Source of the DNA: Guillardia theta CCMP2712
Taxonomy: Eukaryota; Protista; Cryptophyta
Length of the DNA stretch: 64,000 bases
Reading direction: 5' to 3'
Assembly: GCF_000315625.1 (NCBI RefSeq)
Contig: NW_005434589.1
Span: 279,004 to 343,003, forward strand
The notes under the pieces are model-generated. The model was not told the origin of the DNA. It saw nothing but the letters and a program-made list of their open reading frames with translations, and ran no database searches. Made by a program: the position numbers and the translations under genes. Positions 1 to 12,700 of this stretch are shown here, in pieces (positions within the stretch are counted from its first letter, which is position 1; every line of letters begins with the position of its first letter).

Positions 1-396
1 TCGTAGAGAAGGACTTGAATCGATTTGATCACATGAATTCGCACTATGAATTCCCATCCTGGATAATCCTCTTTCAACACACTGTTTCTTTGGTGGACTA
101 CATAACGACAAGCTATCCAATGCCTATACAGCCATTGAAATATCATCAAGAAAGTGCACACAGCATGAAAATTTAACACTTACATTTCGCACGTCCTTGA
201 TGTCGACGACGTTCGGACCCCTTGTAGCTTTAGACAAGTTTTCTTGCACTATCCCAGGATAAGATTCCATCTCTACTTCACATCGCTTCCTCGACTTGAA
301 CCTTTGGAGCATATCTGAATTGCCGTTGCTCATGGACAGGAATTCTCTCATTCTGTCATTCGAGCTCTCATCTACTGCGACGGCTGTTGCCAACAT
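1..396 (-). CDS. 5' part of a hypothetical protein gene, probably continuing past the left edge
   Basis: Minus-strand ORF 124..411 with ATG at 396 (MLATAVAVDESSNDRMREF...), divergent from the fibrillin gene; no recognisable domain. Confidence 0.3.
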
Positions 397-404
397 CTCC
401 CACA

Positions 405-770
405 AATCCACACCGCACCCTGCCCTATAAAAGCACCCCTACCTACCAAAGTTTTAACCCACCAGGTAATTTTATGACCCACCACAGAATGGAACATTCT
501 AGATGACCCTATCACGGTGGGTACCCCACCTTTACCCAGCTTTCCCAGGGAAAGACTTGTATCATGATTCAGCAAGATTTCCCTACCCCTGAAAATATTA
601 CCCTACCCTTATTTCGACCCCCACAAATTTTGAAGTACCCCTCGTTTTGGGGCCCATCCACAAATCAGCTGAACCGAAGGTACCCTACCCCTCTAACCCC
701 CGCATAATCGAACAATGCACCCTACCCTAGACAACAAAGCTACTTTCTGAGGATATAACCCCACCCCCTT
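405..770. repeat. Strand-skewed ACCC/ACCCTACCC-rich intergenic tract
   Basis: About 19 ACCC words in ~360 bp, often ~20 bp apart, and almost no GGGT; followed by GC-rich CCGG/GGCCC words at 983-1010. Confidence 0.6.
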
Positions 771-1146
771 TTGTTCATGGACCTTTTACGGATGATTCAC
801 AGGGCTTGCTGGACAAGCTCAGGTAGCTCCTAGATCTTCCTACACTATTGGTGCATATATCAAAATGCCATTTCCTTACCTTCTTCATCCAGTCAACCAC
901 CCAAAGTTTCTACCACCGGTACTTTTGTAGAACATCTCGAAGAAGGAACTTTCCATGAATTCACAACGTTGGAACTTCTGCTGGCCGGCCCGGCCCAAAA
1001 GTCCCGGCCTGCGCGAGTTAAAAGCCGCTAAAGTTTGAAACTTTGATGGTATAGTTCAATAAAGTTCAATAATGAGATGCAGAAGTTTCAAAGTTCAAAA
1101 CACGCTGCGTTTCCCCACCGACATCGGGTGTAAAAGCGTAAGCGCC

Positions 1147-2189
1147 ATGGTCAGCGCTATAATGCTCGCCGCGTTTGCGATGCTCTTTTGCCCATCGCAG
1201 AGCTTCCGCCTGTCAAGTCTCCCGACTGCTATGATCAGATACAAGTCTGTTGCAGACGTTACGCCAACGACAAGACCGGTCGTCTCAAGGCGTAGTTTGT
1301 GCAAGTTGAGTTGTCAGGCAGCGACAGGAATGTCAGACGAGGAGGAGGCGTCAAAGTCTTCTGTCCATGATGATTGTAATACTCTGAAGAGCAATCTTTT
1401 ATTGGCTTGCTGCTTGTGTGATCGAGGATTCTCTGCGACAATGAAAGAGAGAGACGAGATATCGAAATTGATCTCAAAGTTGGAACGGATAAAATATTTC
1501 TCCGAACCAACCTTAGGCGTCAATGGAGACAACGAAGTTTGTCATCTCAAGGGTGTTTGGAGACTTGTGTACACGTCTGCCATCGATGTACTCAACCTTG
1601 CAGCGAGTCCTTTCACATCTGCTGGAGCAATCTATCAGGATATCAGGCGACCGCCCGAAATCGTCAACGTTATCGACCAGGTTCCGCGTGCATTATCCTT
1701 GCTACCTCCCTCAAGGTCCATTGAGAGTACATTGAGATTGAAAGTCACGACGCGAGCCAAGGCAAGAAGCCCCACGAGAGTGGCGTTAAGCTTCGAGAGG
1801 GTGAAAGTTGAACCCCGCACGCTGCTCGGGCAAGACGTCAGTTTTCTCCCCTCGCCGCAGATTGATCTTCCAAGAATAAGTCTCTTCGATGGAAGCGATG
1901 AGAGTCCAGCATACTTCGGTGCGAACTGAGCGTCTTCTTACTTCCCCTTGCTTTGATTGGTTTGCTTGATAACTCCATTGACCTGCCGTGGGTCTGTTCA
2001 CTCATTGCATCTTGCAGATATACTTTTTCTCGACAAGGATTTATTGATTATCAAGCAAAATACAGCTGGGCCTGGAGTTGAAGGTGCGACAATTTGGAAG
2101 TGCCATTATGGTTCATACTTTACACATTTACAGGAGGAATCTTTGTTTCAAGAAAGGTTGACCCCGAGGAGGAGCCGATCCCTTTGTAG
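1147..2189 (+). CDS. Plastid lipid-associated PAP/fibrillin family protein with bipartite plastid-targeting leader (3 exons)
   Basis: Signal peptide MVSAIMLAAFAMLFCPSQS followed by F and a Ser/Arg-rich transit region. Fibrillin motifs DRGF..., LKGVWRLVYTS, IYQDI and the spliced C-terminus YF/DILFLDKDLLIIKQ...GGIFVSRK. Introns ~1919-2017 and ~2084-2133; TAG at 2187-2189. Confidence 0.85.
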
Positions 2190-2271
2190 ACCCAAATGTA
2201 GCATACTCTTCTTAGAGGAAATTTGTTCCTTGGTCATTCAAAGAATGATTCACTGGTGCATGTGAAGCCTG

Positions 2272-3038
2272 TCAGGACTCATCAACTCCTGGTTTCACTT
2301 TCTTGTGGGGCTGCTCCAGGTGTTCTTCAGAATTTATCGCATCTTCGACCGTCGAGCTCCTCTTGCGAGACTGCTGTTTGACACGATGGAGTGCCTGGCC
2401 GTATCTGGCCTGAATCTCCTCCATCAACGCGGAGTCGTCGTCAGACGCAATCGCGTCGGGGATTCGGGAGTATCTCGACAGCAGCTCCTCCTGAGTCTCG
2501 TTCGCTGCGAGCATGTCGTCCTCTGAGACTGAGATCGGAAAGAAATTCGTTGCTTCTTTGTTCAGGCCAGTTTCTGTTGACATGGGCCCGTCCAAGTCGC
2601 CTGCATCGGACATCTCTTCCTCAAGGATCTGCCATCCAAGGGTCACTCACACAACTTGGTGAAGCACATACGAGCGGTTCAATAGCGCACCTCTCTGCGA
2701 ATGTCGAACCCGTGTACCGTATCATCTGATGAGTTGAAGCTACTGTGCGTGTCTGACGAATTGTCCATCATGGCTTCCTTGAGCTCCTTGTACTCATCGA
2801 AGACGAACTCCGAGCCTGCACCCTGTTGAGAGTAAGGGGGCAAGACGGTGCGTGCATTCGCAGTCGAAGCCGGCTGCCTCATGAGGTACTCGTAGTCGAT
2901 GTCTTGCTTGCCATGCATGGCCTCTGAGACATCAAACCCCCCTCCTCGGAGGGAAAGCCTCCACAGCATCCTGCCGCTCCCGGCATGCAGAAGAAGTAGC
3001 AATGAGGCGAGTTTCAACGAGCGCATGCAGGCGAGCAT
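2272..3038 (-). CDS. Hypothetical secretory-pathway protein with signal peptide and RLSLRGG motif (2 exons)
   Basis: ORFs 2679..3038 and 2272..2646 join in frame via GT..AG intron 2690-2629; hydrophobic N-terminus LASLLLLLHAGSG, then WRLSLRGGG. Confidence 0.65.
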
Positions 3039-3892
3039 AGCGAGGCCTCAGGGTCGAGTAGCGTCAGGACATCTCGTCTTCATACTGCAGGGGATCGTTG
3101 CCATGGCGCATTCAGCGGCCTGAGGCGCATGGCACCCACCACCCATCCCTTTCAGAGCATGAAGGGGTAATACAGGTAGAAGTGGGGGGAGGGGAGGATA
3201 ACCCCCAGGTATTAGAGGCAGACCTATCAAATTGAGTGAGTTAGGAGGGTAGGGGCACTGGTGGTTGGTGCGGGTGTGAGCTGGCGCCAACTGAATGCCG
3301 CTGAGCTGATGGCTGCAGCAAAGCGACGGGAGGAAGCAGAAGGGAGGGGAAGGGAGGGGAGGAGACGTTTGAGAACGAAGATAGAGATGAGGAGAGGAGG
3401 AGATGAGAAAGAGATCAAGGGAGAGCTGGAGAGACAGCGATATAGCAAGGAGTTGTGATCATCATGGAGATTGAGTAGCAAGGGCAGACGCACAGAAGTA
3501 TAGGAAGGATTTCATTCCACTGCAGTCGGAAGCTAGGAGCATGCATCTGCGTCTGCTGGTCTGTGCGAGTATGCCACCAGTTGACCCCATAGGTTGCTCT
3601 TGAATGTGTGGAAGAGGGACTGATGCATGTCGAGAAGCATTTGCGAAGATTTCGCTTCCTTGCATGATAGTTGCTCAAAGATGATGGCAATAAGCAGCAT
3701 AGTTCAAGCAGACAATATGGCTTGTCCTGCAGTCAAACTGAGAGAATAGAAATACCCACAGCAAACTTTCTCTGAGAGATGACAAACAGGCTAACGAAAC
3801 CTTTTCATTGCCAGGAGATCTGTTGTGGAATAAAGGGAAAGTGTAACATAGAGGACATTTGAAACAAGGGAAGAAACCGCAAAACAATCAAA

Positions 3893-4815
3893 ATGTATGA
3901 GCAACAGCCTAAGTTGCACTCAGTTGTCATGGGTGCCCAGCAGCAGAACGCAGGCAACTTACAGTTCATGGACACATCAACCTTTGATGGACGGTACAGC
4001 TCGGGACAAGCAGGAGCAAGCGCTTACTATCCCTCAGAGTATTCAGGCAACATCGGAGGGAATATGAGCACGAACTTTGAGGATGAGCCTCCTCTACTGG
4101 AAGAGCTGGGGATCGACTTCGACAAGATCAAGCAGAAGACCATCTCAGTTCTGAACCCCTTGAAGAAAGTTACTAAGGACATGATCTACTCCCCGGGCAA
4201 CGACGGGGAGCCCATTGCCGACTCGGACATGGCAGGGCCGATTCTGATTGCTTTGATGCTGGGAGGGGCGATGCTGCTGCGGGGCAAGGTAACGCCCAGA
4301 GGTTTGACGCTGCGCTGGTAATGGTGTGGAACAGGTTCATTTCGGTTACATCTATGGAGTCGGGCTTGTGGGTTGCGGATCACTTTGGCTCGTGATGACG
4401 CTCATGTCACAAAAGGGGTTGGACATCTATCAGGTGAAAGATCAACGATGAGAAATGGGACCGCTCAGTTTGACGCAGACGTCGTCTATTCTGGGGTATT
4501 GTTTGCTTCCAATGGTCTTGCTAGCCTTCTTCTCGGCCTTCTTCACAGCTACTGGCCATGTCATGACCGTTCTGACAGTTGTGACTGTTGCATGGTAGAT
4601 GTCAATCTTTCACTCTGTCAAGGTTCCATTTGACATGTTCTAAAGGTGTACTATGCGATCAAGTGATATGATGGTTATTGCTATGGACGTTCAGAATGAA
4701 AAAGCCCTTGTCGCGTGAGAGATCTCTTATCTACATTGTTTGTCTGTCTAACATATTTGGTAGATATCCTATCGGGCTTTTCTATGCTTGCTTTGCTCTC
4801 ATTTCAGTGTTCTAA
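3893..4815 (+). CDS. YIP1: Yip1 family (YIPF5/7-like) Golgi/ER membrane protein, multi-exon
   Basis: Hallmark FEDEPPLLEELGIDF, DSDMAGP, GKVHFGYIYG, SILGYCLLPMV, and YPIGLFYACFALISVF* (TAA 4813-4815); short GT-AG introns. Confidence 0.92.
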
Positions 4816-4849
4816 TCATTTTCACCTTTCACTTAAAGATAATATCTAC

Positions 4850-6449
4850 ACAAGACACTTCTCCTGATGGCTTACATCTGTTCTTTTTAACAATACCCTT
4901 GTTTCCATGCGTCGAGAAGCTCCGAAGACGAGCTCAAACTCATTGAGATGTCGACAGGAACAATTTCTCTAGGCGAGTCATCCAAAGCATTTATGTCGAA
5001 TGTCGAAGGCACCGCGCTCCATACCACCTCGTCTCGGAGTTGATGAGATCGCTTTTCTCAAATTCAAACATTGGTTGGTGAGCCAAAGGAGTGATCACCT
5101 TGGTTGCCGTCACGTCAGGAAACGAGTCTTCGTGCTCCAGATCCCACTGCAAGATCTGCAAGTCCTCCTGCGTGTTTATCATCTCGCTTTGAATTGCCTT
5201 CGAAGCAGAAGGTGAGAGGTGTTTGCTTTAGATACAACATCTTACCTTAGCAACGCTCTGCCCCATGTGCAGTACTCTAATGTTGTTGACGAAATCCATA
5301 TCACCAGCGTCGCTCTCTGTAGCGTATCGGCCTGGCTTCCATCAGATTTGACTAAAAGGAAATGATGAGCAACCAGCTTGTCGTTGAGCTTTGTAATATT
5401 CGACTGATCCGACCCAAAGCAAGGTGTCAGAAGTTTGCTGATTGCTTGGGCCCTGAGTTGTAAACCAGTAAGCGACCGATTAGTGTAAATGAGGGTTCGT
5501 ATTCTTACAGGGTCAACACTGTTATGCAGCTGTTCAGGAGAGACGAGCAGTCTAGGAGATTTGGTCAGTGACAACGAGCTCAGTCCTGACAAAGAAGCAG
5601 TCGAAAATGTGCTTGACGAAACTTCACTTTCGGCTCCTGACGAAATCGAATGGATCGAGTGACTTGCTCTGGGAAGCCTTCTGTTCACTGTAGTATCCCG
5701 CAAACTTTCAGCCAACGACATCTCCTTCACAGAAATGTTCACCGACCTGCAATATCATTCACTCTTCCAAAAGGCATACAATACGAATCATCACATCGTT
5801 TGACCCGCTTGAAATCTCCTCGGATTCGCTGGGGCATTTCGTGGGACATGTCCTCTCAGCGCTTGTCCCAGTCTCACTCTGAGGATTAAAAGTTGTGAAT
5901 CCCCAGGCAAGAGGGAATGAGAGTAAACCTTTCAGTGCTGGGAACATCCTTGCCCGGCTGTTTTTGACCCCCCCTCTGAGTGGAGTCCTTTTGTGGCCTT
6001 CGGACCGAGGGCACTTGCGGCGGAGTGCTCACGGAAGGGTGTTGGTGAGCGCTACCTCGCTCAGTCACCCTACCCGGATCTCTCCGATGTACCTCCGGCA
6101 GTGCCGCGCCCATCACGAAAGTCCTTTGAGCCTCTCCTGCCCTGGGAAGAGGATTTCGCGGTCGTCCGCAGCTCTCGTTGATGGAGCGGTTTGACGGAGA
6201 TGGAAAGGCCGGAGGCGCCTCCCTGCTTCCATCTCTTTGACTTGTCCTGGTTGAACGAGGCTCCTGTGCTATCCGCTCACCCGAACTTGTCTGCGCATGC
6301 GTTGAAAGGGGCTCAGGGGCTGGAGGAGGGAGGGACTGTGCCGATCCTTGAGCCTGCTCCGGCACATGCCCACGATCATGGACTTCGGCATTCAGGGTGC
6401 CATGGAGGGAGGGAGGGGCAGCTGTCTTGGAAAGCACTCTGATCACCAT
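4850..6449 (-). CDS. Multi-exon hypothetical protein (Pro/Ser-rich N-terminal half)
   Basis: Collinear minus-strand ORFs 5886..6470, 5759..5947, 5242..5742 and 4991..5182 separated by plausible ~50-nt GT-AG introns; ends approximate. Confidence 0.45.
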
Positions 6450-6715
6450 CTTCTCTCTCTCGAGCTCCACGTGCTGCCATGGCGGAAAGGTCTCTTGAAA
6501 CCCGCCATGGGTCCCAAGAAGGAAAGTTTGGGGCAGCGATTTACTGATCTAACTGTATCTTGGCTGCTTCCAAAACATCACTATCAGAGTCTGAGGCACA
6601 CTCGATATGAATAGTTCAAATGATCCTGCACAATTAGTCAATGTTTGACATCTTTATTTTCTTCCTCGTCGAGGTCCCTGGCATCGGAGGGTCGCCCAAT
6701 GCCGACAAGCAGGGT

Positions 6716-9700
6716 ATGAGGGAAGCCATGCTCGTGCAGCCGGTGCTGCTGCTCGCCCTCCTCCTGCCCTCCCTCCCATCGTCCCATGCAGATCTTTACT
6801 TGGAAGCTTCTCCAGGACGAGCAGTGGGGGGCACCATGATAGTTCCGAGGACTTCCCTCCGGATCTTGTTGGGAGGGACATACAACACCAATCAAGTCCC
6901 TGCAAGTGGAGACAAGTTGTACATGATCAGCTCTGCCGGCAGCTGCACCTCTGCCTTGGCCACAATCTCAGCGAGCGCGTTGACCAACGCAACAGTAGGC
7001 GACCTGCGAAGTGCTGTTATGGATTTCACCAAACTTTCACCAGCTATCAACAAGATGTGCATCTGCCCAGCCTCTTCGAAAACGGGAGCCTGCTTTCTTG
7101 GTGGGAACATGGAAGTTCAAGATAATCTGATAGGAATTCAACTGGATGATGTGATTGGATACAATTTGACGATTCCGCAGCAGATCTGTAATTTTTCAGA
7201 TTGTACCAAGCAGATAAAAGCAAAACTCTCCACATACAACCGAAAATCACAGGCACTGGGAGATATAGCTGCAATTCTACCAGAGAAAACATGCTCAAGT
7301 ATTACAAGCAAAGCTTCAACTTCGTCTCAAGCTGTACTAGTGTCTGGTCTGAATTACATCTATCCTTCACAAGCGCTCAACAGTATGACAAGTGGAATGT
7401 ACAAGATCTGCTATAATCTGTTTGCTGGGTCAACCAACTGGTTGGAATCTGGGGTCTTCGTCAACTTGCAATCAAAGGTTGCTCACATCGAAGCGAACGG
7501 AATCCCCGCGATCAGTATTTATGTCCCACAAGCTTTGAATCAACTGATTAGGGTGTGTACCAATTGGAATTGTACCTCAACCCTTGGGGCTGGAGATCAA
7601 GTTTCCTTCATCCCTGTCGCTCAAATGTGTGAATCCTCAACGAACCCAGCTTCTCCAACGCAAGGATACTCGGGTTTCCTCTCTCCAGCATCCTCTGGAT
7701 TTCTTGGTCCGCAGTCTGCCGTAGACAGTATCTTGAAGTCAGGTGGGTTTCTACCGCCAGCTACCTACCAGCTCTGCTTCAAAAAAGCGGGGAGCAGCTT
7801 TTGGTCATCGACAGGAACATACCTGACGGTACAGAAACTGATCTTCGGTCTTGAAGTCAACGGGCTGAGCCCTCTGAATGGGCTGAAGGTCACGATTCCG
7901 AAGACAAGCAAGATTGTGCTGAAGTATCTGAGTGTGAATGATGGGAGTCCTGGCGACTCCGTTGCCTTGATTGAGGTCTGGAAAAGCTGCAGCGACCTCT
8001 GCCAAACGCAGAAGATCAAGGAGTGCGACCCAAGCGTGCCGGATCAGTTCGCCGCCTCCAACTTCTTGAGCGCTCACGGGAATGACAAAGTGCTCGGGTC
8101 AACCACCTGCCTCGGTTCGTTTGAGAATTCCTGCAGCCCGTCCACGGAACGGCGGCTGGTCAATCTCTCCTTCACCCCGAGAGGAAGCTATCAGGTGTGC
8201 TTCAGGCCTGCTGCTGCGTGCTCCTACTTCGAGTGCTGGCCTGTCTGGAGCCCTACGGGAGTATCTGTGCAGATACAAGACTCCATTACCAGCATCGAGC
8301 TCAACGGAGCCATAGGAGGGAACAACAACCTAGGAGATGGCCAGAGGATCAGGCTGCCACCTTTCGACTTCCACAGCCTCGTGTACTATGGGGCCACAGC
8401 GAAAATCTCTATCGGGCTGATGAGAGCAAATGAGGACTGCACCCAAGCAAGCATCAGCCTGCAGCTGACTTTCTCAGGTCCTGGACAGCCCGCAAATGTG
8501 ACGGAGACCCGTCGAATCTTCGGGACGAGCGGCAGCCTCGTCCCAGCCACTTACACTGTGTGCTATACCTCGGCATCTCAATCCGCTGCCGGTTTCATGA
8601 ACTCAGGGATTTCTTTGACTCTGCAGACTGAGATTGCTGGACTGCAGGTAAGCCAGCCGTTACCGGCTCTCCTCCTCCCCTGCTGATCCATTTGACAGGT
8701 CAACGGGATCAGACCCAACGCTGGGATCATCACAGCCATCCCGACGGACCCCAAGGTCACCCTCGTTTCCTTTGGGCCTCGAGCTCCGGTGCTGGGAGAT
8801 GAAATCTCCCTCCTCCCCCCCCGGCTGGACTGCGAGAACCCCTCGCACATCCCAGCGTCTTTTGACGGGATCACTTCAGGTCGGCTCAGTTTGGTTTCCC
8901 TGTCGTCAGCTTCTGGCCCTGACTCGCTGACTTTCTCGCCGCTTCTCTTTCTCACTCAGCTGCCGACCTCTACCTACAAGATCTGCTTCCGCCCCAACGG
9001 CACGTCGCCGACTAGTGTGGACACAGGCTTCCGTACGGCTGGACTCCTGACCTCTCCCCAATCAGCGTTGACGGGCCTGTTCGTGAACATGCCTCTCACA
9101 TACACCCCCAACCAAGAGGGCAGAAACCCTGGCCTGCGAACTGTCGTGGCAAAGAACGTTGGGAACCTTATAAGGCTAACTTCGGTCGGCTCAGTCTCCT
9201 TTATCCCCCATCAGCTCAACTGCCTTGACCTCGTCAACGACAACCCCCCGCTCGGCCCCGCCGGTCAGTACCTACACATGAACACGCTCAGCCCTTACCA
9301 GACGCTTGACATCAACCTGGTGGACAATCTCTTCGGGCCCGTCGGAGTTCTCGGCGTCGGCCTCTATCAAGTTTGCTTCAAGCCGTCGGGCGCCTTGACG
9401 TTCATGACGACGGGGATAGCCGTCAAGGTGCAGGAGGACGTGATTCAGCTCACCGTCAACGACTGCACTCCCAACAACGGCCTGCGAGTCGCCATGCCCA
9501 AGTCATCTCAGAACATCTTGAGGATCCTGTCTGGAAATCAGCTGACGGGGAGCACCAGCGACAAGATCTCCCTCATCTTGCTGAGCGGTGACTGCACCTT
9601 GAGGGACGACAACCCGCCAGCCTTGGGCTCGAAGTTCTCAGGTCACATCAGCGCCGTCGACAACCTCTTCTCGTTTGTCGATCTCTCAGGTGTGCCGAGC

Positions 9701-12700
9701 ATGAGCACGGGTTTCTATCAGATCTGCTTCAAGTCGAATACCTCCTCCTCCTTCGTCAGCACCGGGATCGTGATTGAAATCCAGCAGGAGATCTTCTCCC
9801 TGGTGGTCAACGAGGTCTCTGCTTTGTCTTCCTCTGCCCTCAAGGAGCGAGGGAATCTCCTTGGCTACTGCCTTGACTCCTCTTGCTCCACCCCCGGCAG
9901 GATCGGAGACGCCGTCACGTTCATTGGCAACTGGTTCTCTTGCGAGGACGAGGTGGCCGTGAACTCGCTCCTCGCTCTCAGCGCCAAGACAACCGACAGG
10001 ACCTTCCCCACGGACTCTTCCTCCTCCTCCGTCGTCATCGACACCTTCTTGAGTGCTGAGGGGCTGCTGGACTACGAAGTCTATCAGATCTGCTTCCGCA
10101 AAGCCGGAAGCAGCACATGGAGGAGCACGGGACTGTCGCTGCGAGTTCACGATGACGTGCTGGGGGTGGTTGTCAACGACGTGATGCCTCGTTATGGCCT
10201 CAGGGCGGCTGCTCCCAGGAGCGAGGGCGCAAAGTTCAGCTACTACAGGAGCAGGATCGGAGAGCCGGGAGAGACGCTCTCCATGATCCCCGCAACCCTC
10301 AGCTGCTCGAACCCCAACAACAACCCAGCAGGGGCAAGCGCGAACTCCACCGGCCACCTCATCTTCCAGGACACGAGCAGGACGGTGCTCCTCCCCTCCC
10401 AGCTCGCCATCATGCTGCCCGGGCTCTACCAGGTTTGCTACAGGGGAAGGACGGACAAGTTCTTCTCCTCCACGGGGATTTCTTGCCGTCTGCAGGACAC
10501 CCTTACGTACATCAAGGTGAACAGCCAGCCTCGCGCTCAGTCTGCCGTCCTGCTCAAGTCCGACGGAGTCGCCATGGCGTTCGAGGGCAGCGCTCAGCTG
10601 CAGAAGGCAACCAAGGCCTCGCTGATCATGAGCAGGGCTGACTGCACGGACACTGCCGTTGCAAACAACGCGCTCGCCGGCCCCTCCCGCTCAGGACACT
10701 CGTTGTTCCTGCTCGCTCCAGGTTTCAACTCCTTCATTGCCATGGACACATCGATCCTGAAGTCCAGCAACTTCCTCGTCCCCCTCACGTACCAGCTCTG
10801 CCTCTTCATCCCTCCTCCCACCAGCCCAACCGATCAGGGTTGGATCTCCACCGGCATCTCCCTGACCATCCAGAATGTCTGCCCAGCTACGAGCGCAGCT
10901 GGGAGCTTCGGATTCCTCGCGGCGTTCGAGAGCAGCAAGATGCCGTCGCAGAGCAACATCATCAACTTCCTTTTCCGCTTCCCCAGTCGTCCTCCCTCCG
11001 GCATCCTCACCATCTCAGGTCTTACCGGGACGCAGACGGAGGACACGGCGAGCCTGCTGATCTACGGCAACACAGTGGTGGACGAGGAGCACGTGCTCTC
11101 CTGCAGGAGCAACACCACCTGCTCTACAAGGCTCAGCGGCTTCCTGGCTAATGGAGAGCAGATCCTTGACGTCCTTCTCCGAGTCGACGTAGCATGCAGC
11201 GACTTTGACAGCTGCGGGGAGGGACTCCAGTCGCTCAGCGTCAACGGCAACAGCCTCGCGCAGCTCCTCAGCCCCGGGCCCTTCGCCTCTTGCAGCAACG
11301 CCTGCGGTACCTTCGTTACGATGCTGCAAGAGACTTCTATCTCCTCTTTTACAGGAAGGCTCGGAAAAGAGATAGTCGTGCAGGTTCTCCTCCTCCTGCC
11401 TCCCCCTCCCCTCTGACATGTGGCAGGCGGGCGTGACCTCTCAAGTGAACGCAGGGACGTGCGGCGGCTTCTTGCTTGACGCCAAGATTCTCATCAAGGT
11501 CAGGAAAAGCCTCTTGTCGACCCACTCGGTCTTGGTAAGAGTACTGCCTTGCCAAGCTGCTTTCTTGCTGACCAGCCTGTGGGTGCAGGGAGCCTGGTCC
11601 CAGCTAGCAGGCGAGCTCACGATCCCATCCATCCCCTACGACTCTGGAGACTGGCAGCACATCTCCTTTGCCCTCATCAACCCCTCCTCCTCCCAGCCTT
11701 CCAAGTACCCCTCTGTCTCCTTCTGCTCCTCCTCCTCCTCCTCCTCCTCCAGCTTGTATGTCCCTGCCACCGCTGCCAGCTCAGTGTTCGGAGGGGACGG
11801 GGTGCTGAGCGCGTCGCTCCCTCTTGATTGGGTTCATGTCGAGCTAAAGGCCAGCAACGACAGGCTCAGTACGGGATATCGATACACGTTGCAGCTGCTG
11901 TCAAACATCCCCGTCACTTTCCCCGAGTATGCCGCTATCACTGTGACAGGAATCACCAATACATTGGTGAGTGAAGTTGGAACGCGTTGAGATGTTTTCG
12001 CTGGCGCATAGATGGCAGCCATCAGTAGAAGCGGAAGGGCAGGGGAGGAGGGAGAGGGGGAGGAGGTAGTGAGGATGAATGAGAGGGAACAGCAATCATC
12101 TTGAAGGATGAGGACGATAGAGGGAAAGGAATGGCAAGCGAAGTGAGTTTGACTTTTCCCGCAGACCAACGACAACTCAAGGTTCGGTCTGCTGCTGGGT
12201 AACTTTCGGCTCACAAACGAGGTCACTTGCCAAGGAAGTGACCTTTGCTCGGCCATGGTCAACGTGTCTAAGATGTTAGACTCCGTGTCGTCATTGTCGC
12301 TACACCGAACGACCCTCGACGTAAGGGCGACGATGCTGCTGCCCTTGTACTGACCCTGCCCACCAGGTGTCCGTCTTCTGCATCGACTTCGGAGCAAGCA
12401 AGAAGTTCATCTCCTCTATCATCATCTGCCAGTGGAGAGAAGGAGGCTCCCGTTGCCAGGATGGGACGATGGTCCCTAGCACTCGCTACAGCGCTGGGCC
12501 ATGGCAGGGTTGCGGTCCGTGCAGCCTCGACAAGAGAACAGTCCTACGAAACTTCGACTTGCAGGACCTCGTGGGGCTTTACGGCAATGTAATGCGATAA
12601 GGAAGAGTGCGGGGAAGGGGAATGAGGAAGAAGAGAGAGGAAAGGGGGGGGAAATGGAAAGGGGAAGAGTAGAAGGAGGAGAGGGGAGGAGTGAAGAGGG

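Noticed and set aside
405-770. CRISPR-like repeat-spacer array
   Set aside because: The conserved word is only 4-9 nt, spacing is irregular, there are no cas genes, and the context is eukaryotic
9686-10357. Long antisense/alternative-frame ORFs across the giant gene (e.g. 9686-10357, 12501-13325, 16999-17496, 21901-22467)
   Set aside because: Expected shadows of GC3-rich coding sequence or purine-rich introns; no motifs
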